NCBI GenBank assembly: GCA_037130365.1
Contig: JBAXTE010000009.1
Span: 4,452 to 68,451, forward strand
Reading direction: 5' to 3'
Source: Bacteroidota bacterium
GTDB taxonomy: Bacteria > Bacteroidota > Bacteroidia > Bacteroidales > WCHB1-69
DNA length: 64,000 nucleotides
The first letter of the stretch is position 1. Every line of letters starts with the position of its first letter. Positions 25,798-36,735 of this stretch are shown here, piece by piece. Made by a program: the position numbers and the translations under genes. A model generated the notes under the pieces. The model saw nothing but the letters and a program-made list of their open reading frames with translations. It was not told the DNA's origin and made no database searches.

Positions 25798-27060
25798 ATG
25801 AAGAAGATTGCGCTAATTGTGTTAGGATTAAATTTAATATTTATTCACGTAAATGCTCAAAAATCAACTGATTTAAAGATAGCTGGCATCAAGGGATCAG
25901 CAATAAACATTGAAGAAATGATTGAACGTCCAATTACGGCCATAAAATCGAGCGATAAAGTAATATCATTTATTGTAACAGTAGAAATTGATAAGAAGCA
26001 AAAGTCATTTTATTCAAAGGGCAATCGATTTTCGGATGAATTTATTCAAGCATCACAAAATTTATCATCTGGAAGTAAAATTTCCTTCGATAGTGTTGTG
26101 GTTAAACAAATTGATAAGCAAATAATTATTCCTTCCTTTAATTATATTATTAAAAGAGAATCGCCACAGGCCTACATTGGGAACCATCGGTCTGTTTATG
26201 AAATGCCAATCACTGAAATTCTAAATCAACCATTTCTTAATTGTTCTAATCGAAATATCAAAGTATCAACTTTTAATGTTGTTATTTGCAAAAATGAAAG
26301 AGTTCAACGGTTTGAAAATAAGTCTGAGAAGTTTTCTACCGAAATAATAGGCGCAATAAGCCAATTAATAGGAGGGGAGACCGTTTGGTTTGAAAATATA
26401 AATGGGGTTGTAGAATCTAAAGTTGTTCCTTTACCACCGTTTAAAATTTCTATTTTAGGAAGTAATGAAGATTATCCGTGCACATTAGCTGGGATTTCTT
26501 TTGGAGAATGGGATACGAAATTATTGCCCTTGTCACAGGAGATAAAAGTTCCATCTAAAAATGTAATTATTGAATCTTTTATGATGTATGCAATAATTAA
26601 TGATGAATACAAAAGCTTCAGACAAACATCAGGCTCAAAGTTAACGAGTGAAATGATCGAATTTTTAAAACAGGTAAAACCTGGGACAGTGGTAAAAATA
26701 GATTATATTCGTGCTTCTATTGAAGATGTATCACTGAAATTAAACCCAATTTATTTAAAAATTGCTGGTAATGGTAACTCATTGACAAAATCAGTTCTAG
26801 GTAATCTCTCTTTTGGTGTTCAGTCGGCAGATTATATTAAAAACAACAAAATTACCTTCAACAACAAACCTGTAAACTATTTTATCGTACGAACACTATC
26901 CGAAAACGTCTTAACATCTCTTGATGGCAATCTTACAGAATCTCAAAGTCAACAATTATCTCAATTTCCAAAAGGAACTATTTTGCAGTTCTATAATATA
27001 AGTGTAATAGAATCCGGAAAACGAGTTAAATTAGATGATATCTGGATTAAGATAAAATAG
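25798..27060 (+). CDS. Secreted protein built from four internal repeats of about 95 aa (GldM C-terminal-like by eye)
   Basis: The signal peptide is MKKIALIVLGLNLIFIHVNAQ, so the ATG at 25798 is preferred over the TTG at 25789. The four repeats end ...IIIPSFNYIIK, ...VPLPPFKISI, ...KLNPIYLKI and ...KLDDIWIKI. Confidence 0.7.
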   Translation: MKKIALIVLGLNLIFIHVNAQKSTDLKIAGIKGSAINIEEMIERPITAIKSSDKVISFIVTVEIDKKQKSFYSKGNRFSDEFIQASQNLSSGSKISFDSVVVKQIDKQIIIPSFNYIIKRESPQAYIGNHRSVYEMPITEILNQPFLNCSNRNIKVSTFNVVICKNERVQRFENKSEKFSTEIIGAISQLIGGETVWFENINGVVESKVVPLPPFKISILGSNEDYPCTLAGISFGEWDTKLLPLSQEIKVPSKNVIIESFMMYAIINDEYKSFRQTSGSKLTSEMIEFLKQVKPGTVVKIDYIRASIEDVSLKLNPIYLKIAGNGNSLTKSVLGNLSFGVQSADYIKNNKITFNNKPVNYFIVRTLSENVLTSLDGNLTESQSQQLSQFPKGTILQFYNISVIESGKRVKLDDIWIKIK

Positions 27061-27063
27061 CAT

Positions 27064-27123
27064 TTTACCCTTTCACCATGTACCCTTTACCCTTTACCAT
27101 TTCACGATGTACCCTTTACCCTT
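27064..27123. repeat. Short direct repeats (TACCCTTTAC-type) between convergent genes
   Basis: The exact 17-mer ATGTACCCTTTACCCTT occurs at 27078-27094 and 27107-27123, with an additional TTACCCTTTCACC at 27065. Confidence 0.7.
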
Positions 27124-27126
27124 TTC

Positions 27127-27783
27127 CTATGTCCATCTTTCGCTCTCGAATATCTCTTTCGATATTTCTCTAAATTCGTTTAAGATCATCGCTGTTGCTC
27201 CCCAAACAATGTGGTTGTCTATTTTGAAAGCAGGAACCTCCATTATTTGGTCCTTGATATTTACATTCAAATTCTGAATAACAGTTTTTTTGATAAATGT
27301 TTCAATATCAAATTCTATTATTTCAGCTACTTCGTGATTATCAATAGAATAATCAGGAGCTTTTTTTAAGAAACATATATAAGGATACACCAAGAATTGG
27401 CTAATTGGAATCACCAATGGCGTTAATTCTCCGACAATATCGTTAGAATTGATATCTACATTTATTTCTTCTTTAGTCTCTCTTATTGCGGTTTGTTCTA
27501 AATTGATGTCAAATGGTTCCACTTTGCCTCCAGGAAAGCTAATTTGGTCGCTGTGTGTTCCAAAATATTTTGAACGTCTAATAAGCAGTGATTTTAATCG
27601 ATAATCATCCTCAAATAAAACCATCATTACAGCACTTTTTCGATAATTTTGAACTTCTTTATCATTAATTGAAAAAAAAATGCGTTTATTTGGTAAAATA
27701 TTTTGATGAAAAGATACACCAAAATTATTATGTTTAAGCCTGATTCTTAATATGTTAAAGAATGTTAAAATATTTTCCTTCAT
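27127..27783 (-). CDS. Nudix hydrolase (CoA pyrophosphatase-like)
   Basis: 218 aa with the Nudix box GGKVEPFDINLEQTAIRETKEEINV. Confidence 0.85.
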   Translation of the reverse strand: MKENILTFFNILRIRLKHNNFGVSFHQNILPNKRIFFSINDKEVQNYRKSAVMMVLFEDDYRLKSLLIRRSKYFGTHSDQISFPGGKVEPFDINLEQTAIRETKEEINVDINSNDIVGELTPLVIPISQFLVYPYICFLKKAPDYSIDNHEVAEIIEFDIETFIKKTVIQNLNVNIKDQIMEVPAFKIDNHIVWGATAMILNEFREISKEIFESERWT

Positions 27784-27897
27784 TAGATATAAACAATTTG
27801 TGCAAAATTAAACGAAAAAATGTTTGCATATATTAAAAAATGTTTGCACTTTTGTAACTGGAATTAAAAAAAAACTATTCACTAAAATTAAAAAAAA

Positions 27898-28371
27898 ATG
27901 AAAAAAGTAGTTAGTTTATTATTAGTTGTTGTAGCATTAGTAGCTTTCAACTCATGTAAAAAATCAGAAACTCCAGAAGCAGTTGCTGACAAGTATTTAA
28001 AAGCTATTGGACAAATGAAATTTGACGAAGCTAAGACTTTAGTTACCGAAGAATCAAAACCAACTATTGATTTTATGGTTCAAATGTCAACAATGGGCGG
28101 AGAAGAAGCTAAAAAAGCTGCAGCTACTGCAAAAATTGAAATCAAAGACATGAAATGCGAAACTAAAGGTGATGCTTCAGATTGCGTTTGTAAAGTTAAT
28201 GATGGCAAAAAAGAAGAAGAAACTAAATTACATCTTGTTAAAAAAGATGGAAAATGGTTAGTTGAACAAAAGAAAGAAGGTGGCGCTCCAACTGAAACAG
28301 CTCCTGCTGATTCAACAAAAACTGAAGTAGCTCCTGTTGCTGAAGAAACTAAAACTGAAGTTAAAAAATAA
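27898..28371 (+). CDS. Lipoprotein, function unknown
   Basis: 157 aa with a lipobox (LVAFNSCKK) and a Lys/Glu-rich, low-complexity C-terminus. Confidence 0.75.
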   Translation: MKKVVSLLLVVVALVAFNSCKKSETPEAVADKYLKAIGQMKFDEAKTLVTEESKPTIDFMVQMSTMGGEEAKKAAATAKIEIKDMKCETKGDASDCVCKVNDGKKEEETKLHLVKKDGKWLVEQKKEGGAPTETAPADSTKTEVAPVAEETKTEVKK

Positions 28372-28384
28372 TTAGTACTACATT

Positions 28385-29041
28385 GTGAAAAAAAGACTCA
28401 TTAGAGTTCTTATTATCATACTTGTAATATTATTATCAATTGCATTGTTCCTGTTCATCTACGAATATCGTAGTGGACAGGAACAGTCGTTTAATAAATA
28501 TCGATTAACCGACTCCGAAATTGATTCTTTACAAGATGGTGATATTATACTCCGACATGGTTTTGGTGTTGTAAGCGACATGATTGGCGAAACTATGAAT
28601 GAAAAATTTAATGTTTCTCATTGTGCAATAGTCTGCCGCCCTAGTGCTGATAGTATTGTCATAATACATTCTGTTTCTAGTTCTTTATCTAATTTTGATG
28701 GCGTTCAAACGTGTGAATTGAATAAATTTATGCAAGAAAGTAAGCCAAACAGTATCATAGTTGTTAGATATAAATCAAAAATAAATAAAAGTCTAAGTTG
28801 TATAAGCAAACGAGCCAACTATTATCTTCAAAAACAAGTGCCATTCGACGATAGTTTTGATATTATTGATCATTCAAAAATTTATTGTTCAGAATTGCCA
28901 TTCTTGATTTTTAAAGATGAATTTAATGATGACATCTTCAATTCTTCGGATCCAGAAAAAACAACTCATAAACGATTTGCTGCTTTTTGGGATACTACTA
29001 GATTCACAGTCATAATCAATCATCAATTAAGAAAAAAGTGA
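28385..29041 (+). CDS. Putative permuted papain-like (NlpC/P60-superfamily, YiiX-type) hydrolase
   Basis: 218 aa with an N-terminal TM helix. It has a His context (FNVSHCAIV) and a later Cys context (SKIYCSELP), in the permuted order. The start is GTG. Confidence 0.4.
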   Translation: MKKRLIRVLIIILVILLSIALFLFIYEYRSGQEQSFNKYRLTDSEIDSLQDGDIILRHGFGVVSDMIGETMNEKFNVSHCAIVCRPSADSIVIIHSVSSSLSNFDGVQTCELNKFMQESKPNSIIVVRYKSKINKSLSCISKRANYYLQKQVPFDDSFDIIDHSKIYCSELPFLIFKDEFNDDIFNSSDPEKTTHKRFAAFWDTTRFTVIINHQLRKK

Positions 29042-29134
29042 TAATCTGGTTAAAAAAACTTATTTATTCAAGCTCCCTAATAATTGGTAAATAAAATTCG
29101 ATTAAATTTGCGCTAGAAATTAAAAACTGAAAAA

Positions 29135-29881
29135 ATGAAACTACTCGAAGGAAAAGTAGCACTTATTACAGGAGCTTCTAGAGGTATAGGAAAAGGAATT
29201 GCTATAAAATTTGCTAAACATGGTGCTAATATCGCTTTTACCGATTTACAATACGACGAAGCAGCTCAACAACTTGAACAAGAATTACAACTTTTAGGTG
29301 TAAAGGCTAAAGGTTATGCTTCTGATGCATCTTCTTTGGAAGATTCAGAAAAGACAATCGAAGCTGTAGCTGCAGATTTTGGTCGTATTGACATTCTTAT
29401 TAACAACGCTGGTATAACTCGAGATAATTTATTGCTTAGAATGACAGAACTAGATTGGGATTTGGTGATGAAAATTAACCTGAAATCAGTTTTTAATCTG
29501 ACTAAAGCTGTTCAGAAAATTATGATTAAGCAACGCTGTGGTTCTATCGTAAATATGTCTTCAGTTGTAGGTGTTCATGGCAATGCTGGTCAGGCAAACT
29601 ACGCTGCTTCTAAAGCTGGAATGATTGGATTTACAAAATCTATAGCTCAAGAACTTGGCTCACGAAATATTAGATGCAACGCTATCGCTCCAGGTTTTAT
29701 TGAAACCGAGATGACACACCAATTATCTGACGAGGTTAGAACTAGCTGGGTCAATCAAATTCCATTACGTAGAACTGGAACTCCTGATGATGTTTCTAAT
29801 GTCGCTCTATTCTTTGCTTCCGATTTATCTTCATACGTCTCTGGACAAGTACTGAGTTGCGATGGTGGAATGAGAACATAA
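29135..29881 (+). CDS. fabG: 3-oxoacyl-[acyl-carrier-protein] reductase
   Basis: 248-aa SDR with TGASRGIG, NNAG and the catalytic YAASK motif. A TAAATTTG -7 box lies about 25 nt upstream. Confidence 0.9.
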   Translation: MKLLEGKVALITGASRGIGKGIAIKFAKHGANIAFTDLQYDEAAQQLEQELQLLGVKAKGYASDASSLEDSEKTIEAVAADFGRIDILINNAGITRDNLLLRMTELDWDLVMKINLKSVFNLTKAVQKIMIKQRCGSIVNMSSVVGVHGNAGQANYAASKAGMIGFTKSIAQELGSRNIRCNAIAPGFIETEMTHQLSDEVRTSWVNQIPLRRTGTPDDVSNVALFFASDLSSYVSGQVLSCDGGMRT

Positions 29882-29920
29882 GCGCTGGTTTTTAAATTTT
29901 GTGCTTGAAAAGTATATTTA

Positions 29921-29949
29921 AAAGTCAGGAACAAATCCTGACTTTTTTT
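29921..29949 (+). terminator. Rho-independent terminator after fabG
   Basis: AAAGTCAGGA-ACAAA-TCCTGACTTT stem-loop followed by a T-run. Confidence 0.8.
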
Positions 29950-30008
29950 ATTCCCATTAATTCCATTTTTTTCATAAATTTGTATTCTAATTTCAACCTA
30001 TTTATACT

Positions 30009-32090
30009 TTGAGCATAATAACTACTTTTTCGATATGGCTAATTTTGGGATGCATTGCATTTAGCGGATTCCTTTCATGGTTGCTCTATTTCTATCGTCC
30101 AAACACGGATATTAAAAAAAGCATTCGATTTACTTTGGCTGGATTGCGGTTTGTGTTTTTGTTTCTGCTTACACTTTTGTTGCTTTCACCATTAGTGCTC
30201 ATGAATTCAAAGCAAATTGAAAAGCCACTCATTGTTTTTGCTCAAGATAATTCTGCTTCAATTTTGTATTCTACCGACTCCTCGTTTTATGCAAACGATT
30301 ATATCTCTAAGGTTAAAAAAATATCAGAAAAATTTGATTCAAAATTTGATTTCAGATTTATCACATTTGACCAATCGGTGCATAAAAACTCAACTATCGA
30401 TTACAGTGGAAATGAGACGAATTTATCTTTGCTTTTTGATGAACTTAAAAACACCTTTGCTGGTAGAAATGTAGGTGCAATCATCCTTGCATCCGATGGA
30501 ATCTTTAACAAAGGTGGAAACCCATACTACATTGCAGAAAAAATGCCTATGCCTATTTATTCTGTGGTGATGGGTGATACCATAAAGCAGACAGATTTAG
30601 CCATTAGTGCGGTTGATTACAATAAATCTACGTTTTACAAAAATACATTTCCTGTAGAAATTTTAATCAATGCTCATAATTTGTCGTCGCAAAAAAGTAC
30701 CATTACGATCTCAAACAATCAATCCACACTATTTTCGAAGGAACTTAATATCTCATCACAACGATATACAGAAACCGTCCGCTTTTTTATTGATGCAAAT
30801 CAAAAAGGATTACAAAAATATCATATATCCCTTAAACCTGTTGAAGGGGAGTTTACGTTGAAAAATAATGAATTCGACTTTTTTGTCAATGTTCTTGATT
30901 CTCGTGATAAAATTCTAATTACATATCAAACACTTCATCCTGATATTGCGGCAATTAAACAAGCTCTCCTTTCGTCGGATATGTATCAAGTGGATGTAAA
31001 ACAAGTGAATCAAATAGATAAGCCATTAAATGAATATCGGACCATTTTTGCATATCAGCTACCAGATGAGAAAAATAGTTCCGCAAATCTATTTAATAGC
31101 GCAAAACAATGGTCTATTCCAATTGTGTATGTGATTGGAAACCAATCTTTACTGCCTGAATTTAATCAGCTCAATACTGGAATTCAGATTCTGCAACAAA
31201 ATAATATGACCAACGATGCTTTTCCATTGTTGAATCAAAACTTTGTTCTTTTTTCCATTCCTTCGGATGTTAAACAATATATATCCGAACTACCACCAAT
31301 TACGGTTCCTTTTGGAAAATATAACCTATCTGCATCGGCAATTCCATTTTTAATGCAACGCATTGGCAATTATAATTCGTCGATGCCTCTTGTCGTTTTT
31401 AACGATCAAATGAACTCGAAAAATTGCGTAATATTGGGAGAAGGTATATGGAAATGGCGTTTAGCATCTTATCAGATGTACAATCATCATCGCTTTTTTG
31501 ATGAATTAATCACCAAAATACCTCAATATTTGGTTTCGCAAAGTGATAATTCCAATTTTAGAGTAAAAATTCGTCAAATATTCAATCAAAATGAGCCTAT
31601 AACTGCACTTGCAGAACTTTACAATCCTTCGTTAGAGCTAGATAATACTCCAGAAGTTTCTTTTTTGATTACCGACCAAAACGGCAAAGAATTTCCGTAC
31701 TCATTTTCGCGCGTAAATAAAAGTTATAATATTGAGATAGGTGCTATGCCAGTAGGAGAGTACCGATGGTTAGCAAAGACTAAACTTGGAGAAAAAGCAT
31801 ACGAAAAACGGGGCGCTTTTGTTGTTCAAAACGTAAATTTCGAAGCCCTAAACATTACTGCTGACTTTGGCTTACTTCGCTCTTTGGCTAATATTCATGG
31901 TGGAAAAACAATTATGGCAAAAAACATTGAATCTATCACCGATGAAATTGAGAAAAACGAGAATATCAAACCTGTTTCATATCTATCTAAGTCATATACC
32001 GAGTTATCACAATCGTGGATTTATATAATTTTGTTGTTGCTAATTGGAATTTCAGAATGGTTTATTCGTAAATATAATGGTCTATTCTAA
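30009..32090 (+). CDS. Membrane-anchored VWA-domain protein (BatA/BatB-like)
   Basis: 693 aa with N-terminal TM helices and one C-terminal TM helix. A MIDAS-like DxSxS motif (AQDNSAS) is present. The start is TTG. Confidence 0.6.
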   Translation: MSIITTFSIWLILGCIAFSGFLSWLLYFYRPNTDIKKSIRFTLAGLRFVFLFLLTLLLLSPLVLMNSKQIEKPLIVFAQDNSASILYSTDSSFYANDYISKVKKISEKFDSKFDFRFITFDQSVHKNSTIDYSGNETNLSLLFDELKNTFAGRNVGAIILASDGIFNKGGNPYYIAEKMPMPIYSVVMGDTIKQTDLAISAVDYNKSTFYKNTFPVEILINAHNLSSQKSTITISNNQSTLFSKELNISSQRYTETVRFFIDANQKGLQKYHISLKPVEGEFTLKNNEFDFFVNVLDSRDKILITYQTLHPDIAAIKQALLSSDMYQVDVKQVNQIDKPLNEYRTIFAYQLPDEKNSSANLFNSAKQWSIPIVYVIGNQSLLPEFNQLNTGIQILQQNNMTNDAFPLLNQNFVLFSIPSDVKQYISELPPITVPFGKYNLSASAIPFLMQRIGNYNSSMPLVVFNDQMNSKNCVILGEGIWKWRLASYQMYNHHRFFDELITKIPQYLVSQSDNSNFRVKIRQIFNQNEPITALAELYNPSLELDNTPEVSFLITDQNGKEFPYSFSRVNKSYNIEIGAMPVGEYRWLAKTKLGEKAYEKRGAFVVQNVNFEALNITADFGLLRSLANIHGGKTIMAKNIESITDEIEKNENIKPVSYLSKSYTELSQSWIYIILLLLIGISEWFIRKYNGLF

Positions 32091-32860
32091 TGTCAATATT
32101 TTTTATAATTTCTAAGATTTTATCCTTTTTATTTAATCCTCTTTTTTGGATTGGATTATTGCTGATTTTTGCAATTTTCCTAAAGAATAAAGTCACTGCA
32201 CGAAAATGCTTAATTGCAGTAGTTGTACTTTTCTTTCTATTTACCAACAATTTTCTAATTGATATGATTTTAAGAGGATGGGAATCTAAAATTGTTCCTT
32301 ATTCAGAATTAAAACCTTCGTATGATGTGGGAGTGGTTCTTGGTGGCGGAATGGTGAATATCGACCGTACAAATGATCGCTTAATCTTCAGAAATAATCC
32401 AGATAGATTTTTACAAGCCTTAGATTTATATAACAAAAAACGAATCAAAAAAATTCTAATTTCTAGTGGTGCTGGTTCAATGATTTTTAGAGATGTTATT
32501 GAATCTGATTTACTTAAACGCTTTTTATTAGACAATCATGTTCCTGATTCAGCAATAGTTATCGATACAAAATCTAATAACACATACGAAAACGCTAAGT
32601 TTACCAAAGATTTAATCGTCCAAAATAACTTCAAATCAGTTTTGTTAATTACTTCGGCAACGCACATGCGAAGATCTAAAGGTTGTTTCGAAAAACAGTC
32701 AATTAGTGTGGATGTTTACCCAACAGACAAACTAGTGTCCACTTGGCGTTATGATCCAAATTACTTATTTGTCCCAAGCATAGACGCACTAGAACGTTGG
32801 ATGATTTTTATTCACGAATTTACGGGATATATTGTCTATAAAACGATGGGTTATCTTTAA
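32090..32860 (+). CDS. YdcF/DUF218-family protein
   Basis: 256 aa with two N-terminal TM helices and a DUF218-like core (YDVGVVLGGG...ITSATHMRRS). The start overlaps the upstream stop (TAATG). Confidence 0.7.
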   Translation: MSIFFIISKILSFLFNPLFWIGLLLIFAIFLKNKVTARKCLIAVVVLFFLFTNNFLIDMILRGWESKIVPYSELKPSYDVGVVLGGGMVNIDRTNDRLIFRNNPDRFLQALDLYNKKRIKKILISSGAGSMIFRDVIESDLLKRFLLDNHVPDSAIVIDTKSNNTYENAKFTKDLIVQNNFKSVLLITSATHMRRSKGCFEKQSISVDVYPTDKLVSTWRYDPNYLFVPSIDALERWMIFIHEFTGYIVYKTMGYL

Positions 32861-32903
32861 ATTTTCAATTTCTGTAATAATAATTCTTAATTCCTGATTT
32901 TTA

Positions 32904-34139
32904 ATGACTTCATCTATTTTTATATTAATTATTTCCATACTAATACTCAGCTACATATTTGATTCATGGCTTGATTACTTGAATCATGAGCATTATAAAA
33001 TGCCTTTACCAAGTATTGTTGATGGATTATATACCACAGAAAAACTTACTCAACAACAAAGTTATCACAACATAAACTATAAAGTCGATGAAATTTCATC
33101 CTTTATTTCATTTGTACTTACCCTTGCAATTTTGCTGATGGGAGTTTTGCCTTGGTTTGATGTTGTAATCAGAAGCTATACGAATTCTGCTTATTGGCAA
33201 GCTTTATTCTTTTTTATAGGAATTGGACTTGTTTTTCAATTGATTTCTCTGCCATTTTCAATCTATAGCACTTTTGTAATTGAACAAAAATTTGGATTCA
33301 ATAAAATAACTCCAAAATTGTATATTCTGGATATGATAAAATCTATAGTCTTGTCACTCGTTATTGGTGGTGGATTAATGTTTCTCATTATCTGGTTTTG
33401 GCAAATTACTCAAGATTTATTTTGGTTGTATGCGTGGGGAACTTTTACTGTGTTTTCATTATTTATGATGTTGTTTTATTCCAATATTATTGTTCCGCTT
33501 TTCAATAAACAAACTCCATTACCACAAGGCGAACTTCGTACTGCAATAGAGCTGTTTGCGAATAAAGTGAATTTCGAATTGAATAATATATATATCATTG
33601 ATGCTTCTAAGCGTTCTACCAAATCAAATGCATATTTTACTGGACTTGGGAAAAAGAAAAGAATTGTGCTTTACGACACATTGTTGGATCACAATACAAC
33701 CGCTGAAATTGTAGCCATATTAGCACACGAAATTGGCCATTATAAGCACAAGCATACTCTTTGGGGTTCATTAATTTCAATAGTCCAAACGGGAGTATTC
33801 CTCTATATATTTGGAATTTTTATCAATATTCCATTCTTCGCACTTTCTCTGGGTGGAGAAATCGTTTCCTTTCACATGAGTATTATCTCTTTTGGTTTGT
33901 TATTAGAGCCTATTTCTTTGATTTTAGGCATATTATCCTCAAAACTATCGCGACATTTCGAATATCAAGCAGACGATTTTGTTGTAAATCAAGGATTAGC
34001 TGGTGATTTAATTGATGCTCTAAAGAAATTATCTGTAGACAACTTGAGTAATATTAATCCGCATCCATTTTATGTATTTGTTCATTATTCACATCCACCA
34101 TTACATTTACGCTTAGAAAATCTGATGAAACAAAAATAA
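32904..34139 (+). CDS. M48-family zinc metallopeptidase (Ste24/HtpX-like)
   Basis: 411 aa, polytopic, with the HExxH motif (LAHEIGHYKH). Confidence 0.85.
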   Translation: MTSSIFILIISILILSYIFDSWLDYLNHEHYKMPLPSIVDGLYTTEKLTQQQSYHNINYKVDEISSFISFVLTLAILLMGVLPWFDVVIRSYTNSAYWQALFFFIGIGLVFQLISLPFSIYSTFVIEQKFGFNKITPKLYILDMIKSIVLSLVIGGGLMFLIIWFWQITQDLFWLYAWGTFTVFSLFMMLFYSNIIVPLFNKQTPLPQGELRTAIELFANKVNFELNNIYIIDASKRSTKSNAYFTGLGKKKRIVLYDTLLDHNTTAEIVAILAHEIGHYKHKHTLWGSLISIVQTGVFLYIFGIFINIPFFALSLGGEIVSFHMSIISFGLLLEPISLILGILSSKLSRHFEYQADDFVVNQGLAGDLIDALKKLSVDNLSNINPHPFYVFVHYSHPPLHLRLENLMKQK

Positions 34140-34146
34140 TTGCAAC

Positions 34147-34178
34147 AAAAAAGCTACAATGAAAATTGTAGCTTTTTT
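34147..34178. terminator. Bidirectional terminator between convergent genes
   Basis: AAGCTACAAT-GAAA-ATTGTAGCTT stem-loop flanked by an A-run and a T-run. Confidence 0.8.
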
Positions 34179-34194
34179 AATCTTCACATAAAAT

Positions 34195-36735
34195 TTATTC
34201 TTTTATTGGAGGTTCAATTTTAATGATTAGTGTGTCAGCACCTTCGATATAATCAATTAAAATGGTTGAATTTTCAACAGGTTTTGAAAGAATTATTTGT
34301 TCTGCCAATTCATCCTCAATATATTTTTGGATTGCTCTTTTCAACGGACGAGCACCATATTGTGCATCCCAACCTCGTTCTAACAAAAAGTCTTTTGCCG
34401 GAATAGTAGTATCAATAGTGAATCCCATTAGATTAATTCGTTGGTATAATGCAGATAGCTCAATATCAATGATTTTGTGAATATCTTCACGTTCTAAAGA
34501 GTTGAAAATTACTACATCATCAATACGATTTAAAAATTCTGGAGCAAAAGTTTTTTTCAAAGCATTTTCTAGAACACTCTGATTTTCACTTTGTAAAGAA
34601 GCAGATTTGGCTTTTGTTTGAAATCCAACTCCTTGACCAAAATCTTTCAACTGTCGACTTCCAATATTTGAAGTCATAATAATGATTGTATTTTTAAAAT
34701 CCACTTTACGTCCCAAACTATCGGTAAGTTGACCATCATCTAACACCTGCAAAAGCAAGTGGAAAACATCAGGATGTGCTTTTTCAATTTCATCTAAAAG
34801 GACAATAGAGTAGGGCTTCCGTCTAACTTTTTCTGTTAATTGTCCACCTTCTTCATACCCAACATAACCTGGAGGAGCTCCCACTAAACGAGAAACAGCA
34901 AATTTCTCCATATACTCGCTCATATCAATTCTAATCAGAGCATCTGTATTGTCGAATAAATATTTTGATAACACTTTTGCTAAATATGTTTTCCCAACTC
35001 CAGTAGGCCCTAAAAAGACAAAGGTTCCAATGGGTTTATTTGGATCTTTTAGTCCAGCTCTATTTCTACGAATCGCCTTAACAACTTTTTTAATAGCTTC
35101 GTTTTGACCAATTACAGAATTTTGGAGCTCGATATCCATCTTCATTAATCGATCACCTTCATTTTGAGCAATTCTTTGAACAGGAATACCAGTCATCATA
35201 GCCACAACTTCTGCAACATTATCTTCAGAGACTATCTGTCTGTTTATCTTAGAGTTATCATCCCATTTTTTATTAGCAAGTTCTAAATTTTCAGATAAAA
35301 TCCGTTCATTATCTCTATAACTAGCAGCTTGCTCATACTTTTGACTTTTTATAGCATCGAGTTTTAATTGCTTAACTTCGTCAATATCTTTTTCTAACTT
35401 TAAGACCTCTTCTGGAACATTAATATTTTTTATATGAACTCTAGCTCCAGCTTCGTCAAGCGCATCAATGGCTTTGTCTGGAAGATGCCTATCGCTAATA
35501 TATCTTGTTGTTAATGTAACACAAGCCTCTATTGCCTCATTTGAATATGTAACCAAATGATGATCTTCATATTTGCTTTTAATGTTATTTAATATTTCAA
35601 TAGATTCTGAAATAGAAGTAGGTTCAATAAGCACTTTTTGAAAACGACGTTCTAAGGCACCGTCTTTTTCAATATATTGTCGATACTCGTTAAGTGTTGT
35701 AGAGCCAATACATTGGAGTTCGCCGCGGGCTAAGGCGGGTTTAAACATATTTGAAGCATCTAATGAGCCTGAAGCATTACCAGCGCCTACAATCGTGTGA
35801 ATTTCGTCAATAAATAATATTACATCTGGATTTTTTTCTATTTCATTCAAAACAGCTTTCATCCGTTCTTCAAATTGACCCCTATATTTAGTTCCAGCTA
35901 CTAAGGAAGCTAAATCTAAAGTTATAACACGTTTGTTAAATAACGAGCGAGGAACTTTACGTTGAGTAATTCGAATTGCTAATCCTTCTGCCATTGCTGA
36001 TTTACCAACACCAGGCTCTCCAATTAATATTGGATTATTTTTTTTACGTCGACTTAATATTTGTGCAATTCGCTCTAATTCATACTCCCGGCCAACAATT
36101 GGATCCAATTTTTGCTCTTCAGCCATACGTGTTAAATCTCGACCAAAATTATCGAGGACTGGAGTTTTAGATTTTGGATCTACATTCCGCTTAGTTTTTG
36201 AATCGCCTAATATTGGATCTTCTTCCTCTTCGCCAGAACTTGATGCTTCATTCGTGAAATCAGGTTTTGTGAAATCTGTTCGAATTTCTCCACTTTCAAT
36301 TTCTTTAATGTAACTTTCAGCTACTTGATAATCAAATGAAAACCGATTTAATATTTGGGCAACCAAATTGTTTTTATCTCGTAATATTGAAAGCAGAATA
36401 TGCTCAGTACCAATGACTTCTTTATTAAATTGTCGAGAAATTAAATAGGAGAGTTTTAGCACTTTTTCTACTTGTTTATTCATTGGCAAACTAGATGTTT
36501 CTTCATTTTCTTTATTGCTTTCAGAATATTTTTTTATAGCAGATTCTATATGCTTTTTTATTAATTTAATATCAATATCAGCAAGATTTATGGCTGTAAT
36601 TGCAATCCCTGCTTCGCTTCGTATAATCCCAAGCATTAGATGCTCTACTCCAACATAATCACTACCAAGCCGTGTGGCTTCTTCACGACTAAATGATAAC
36701 ACATCATATGCATGTTGAGAAAATTTTGCTTCCAT
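34195..36735 (-). CDS. clpC: ATP-dependent Clp protease ATP-binding subunit ClpC
   Basis: 846 aa with Clp_N repeats at the N-terminus and two AAA+ modules ([16 protein letters not shown]). It has a short UVR-like linker ([13 protein letters not shown]) rather than a ClpB-length M-domain, and a VGF loop. Confidence 0.9.
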   Translation of the reverse strand: MEAKFSQHAYDVLSFSREEATRLGSDYVGVEHLMLGIIRSEAGIAITAINLADIDIKLIKKHIESAIKKYSESNKENEETSSLPMNKQVEKVLKLSYLISRQFNKEVIGTEHILLSILRDKNNLVAQILNRFSFDYQVAESYIKEIESGEIRTDFTKPDFTNEASSSGEEEEDPILGDSKTKRNVDPKSKTPVLDNFGRDLTRMAEEQKLDPIVGREYELERIAQILSRRKKNNPILIGEPGVGKSAMAEGLAIRITQRKVPRSLFNKRVITLDLASLVAGTKYRGQFEERMKAVLNEIEKNPDVILFIDEIHTIVGAGNASGSLDASNMFKPALARGELQCIGSTTLNEYRQYIEKDGALERRFQKVLIEPTSISESIEILNNIKSKYEDHHLVTYSNEAIEACVTLTTRYISDRHLPDKAIDALDEAGARVHIKNINVPEEVLKLEKDIDEVKQLKLDAIKSQKYEQAASYRDNERILSENLELANKKWDDNSKINRQIVSEDNVAEVVAMMTGIPVQRIAQNEGDRLMKMDIELQNSVIGQNEAIKKVVKAIRRNRAGLKDPNKPIGTFVFLGPTGVGKTYLAKVLSKYLFDNTDALIRIDMSEYMEKFAVSRLVGAPPGYVGYEEGGQLTEKVRRKPYSIVLLDEIEKAHPDVFHLLLQVLDDGQLTDSLGRKVDFKNTIIIMTSNIGSRQLKDFGQGVGFQTKAKSASLQSENQSVLENALKKTFAPEFLNRIDDVVIFNSLEREDIHKIIDIELSALYQRINLMGFTIDTTIPAKDFLLERGWDAQYGARPLKRAIQKYIEDELAEQIILSKPVENSTILIDYIEGADTLIIKIEPPIKE

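Noticed and set aside
27064-27123. Whether the TACCCTTTAC-type repeats could be a CRISPR array.
   Set aside because: There are only two exact 17-bp copies with a 12-bp spacer. They lack CRISPR repeat length and periodicity, and there are no cas genes anywhere in the window.
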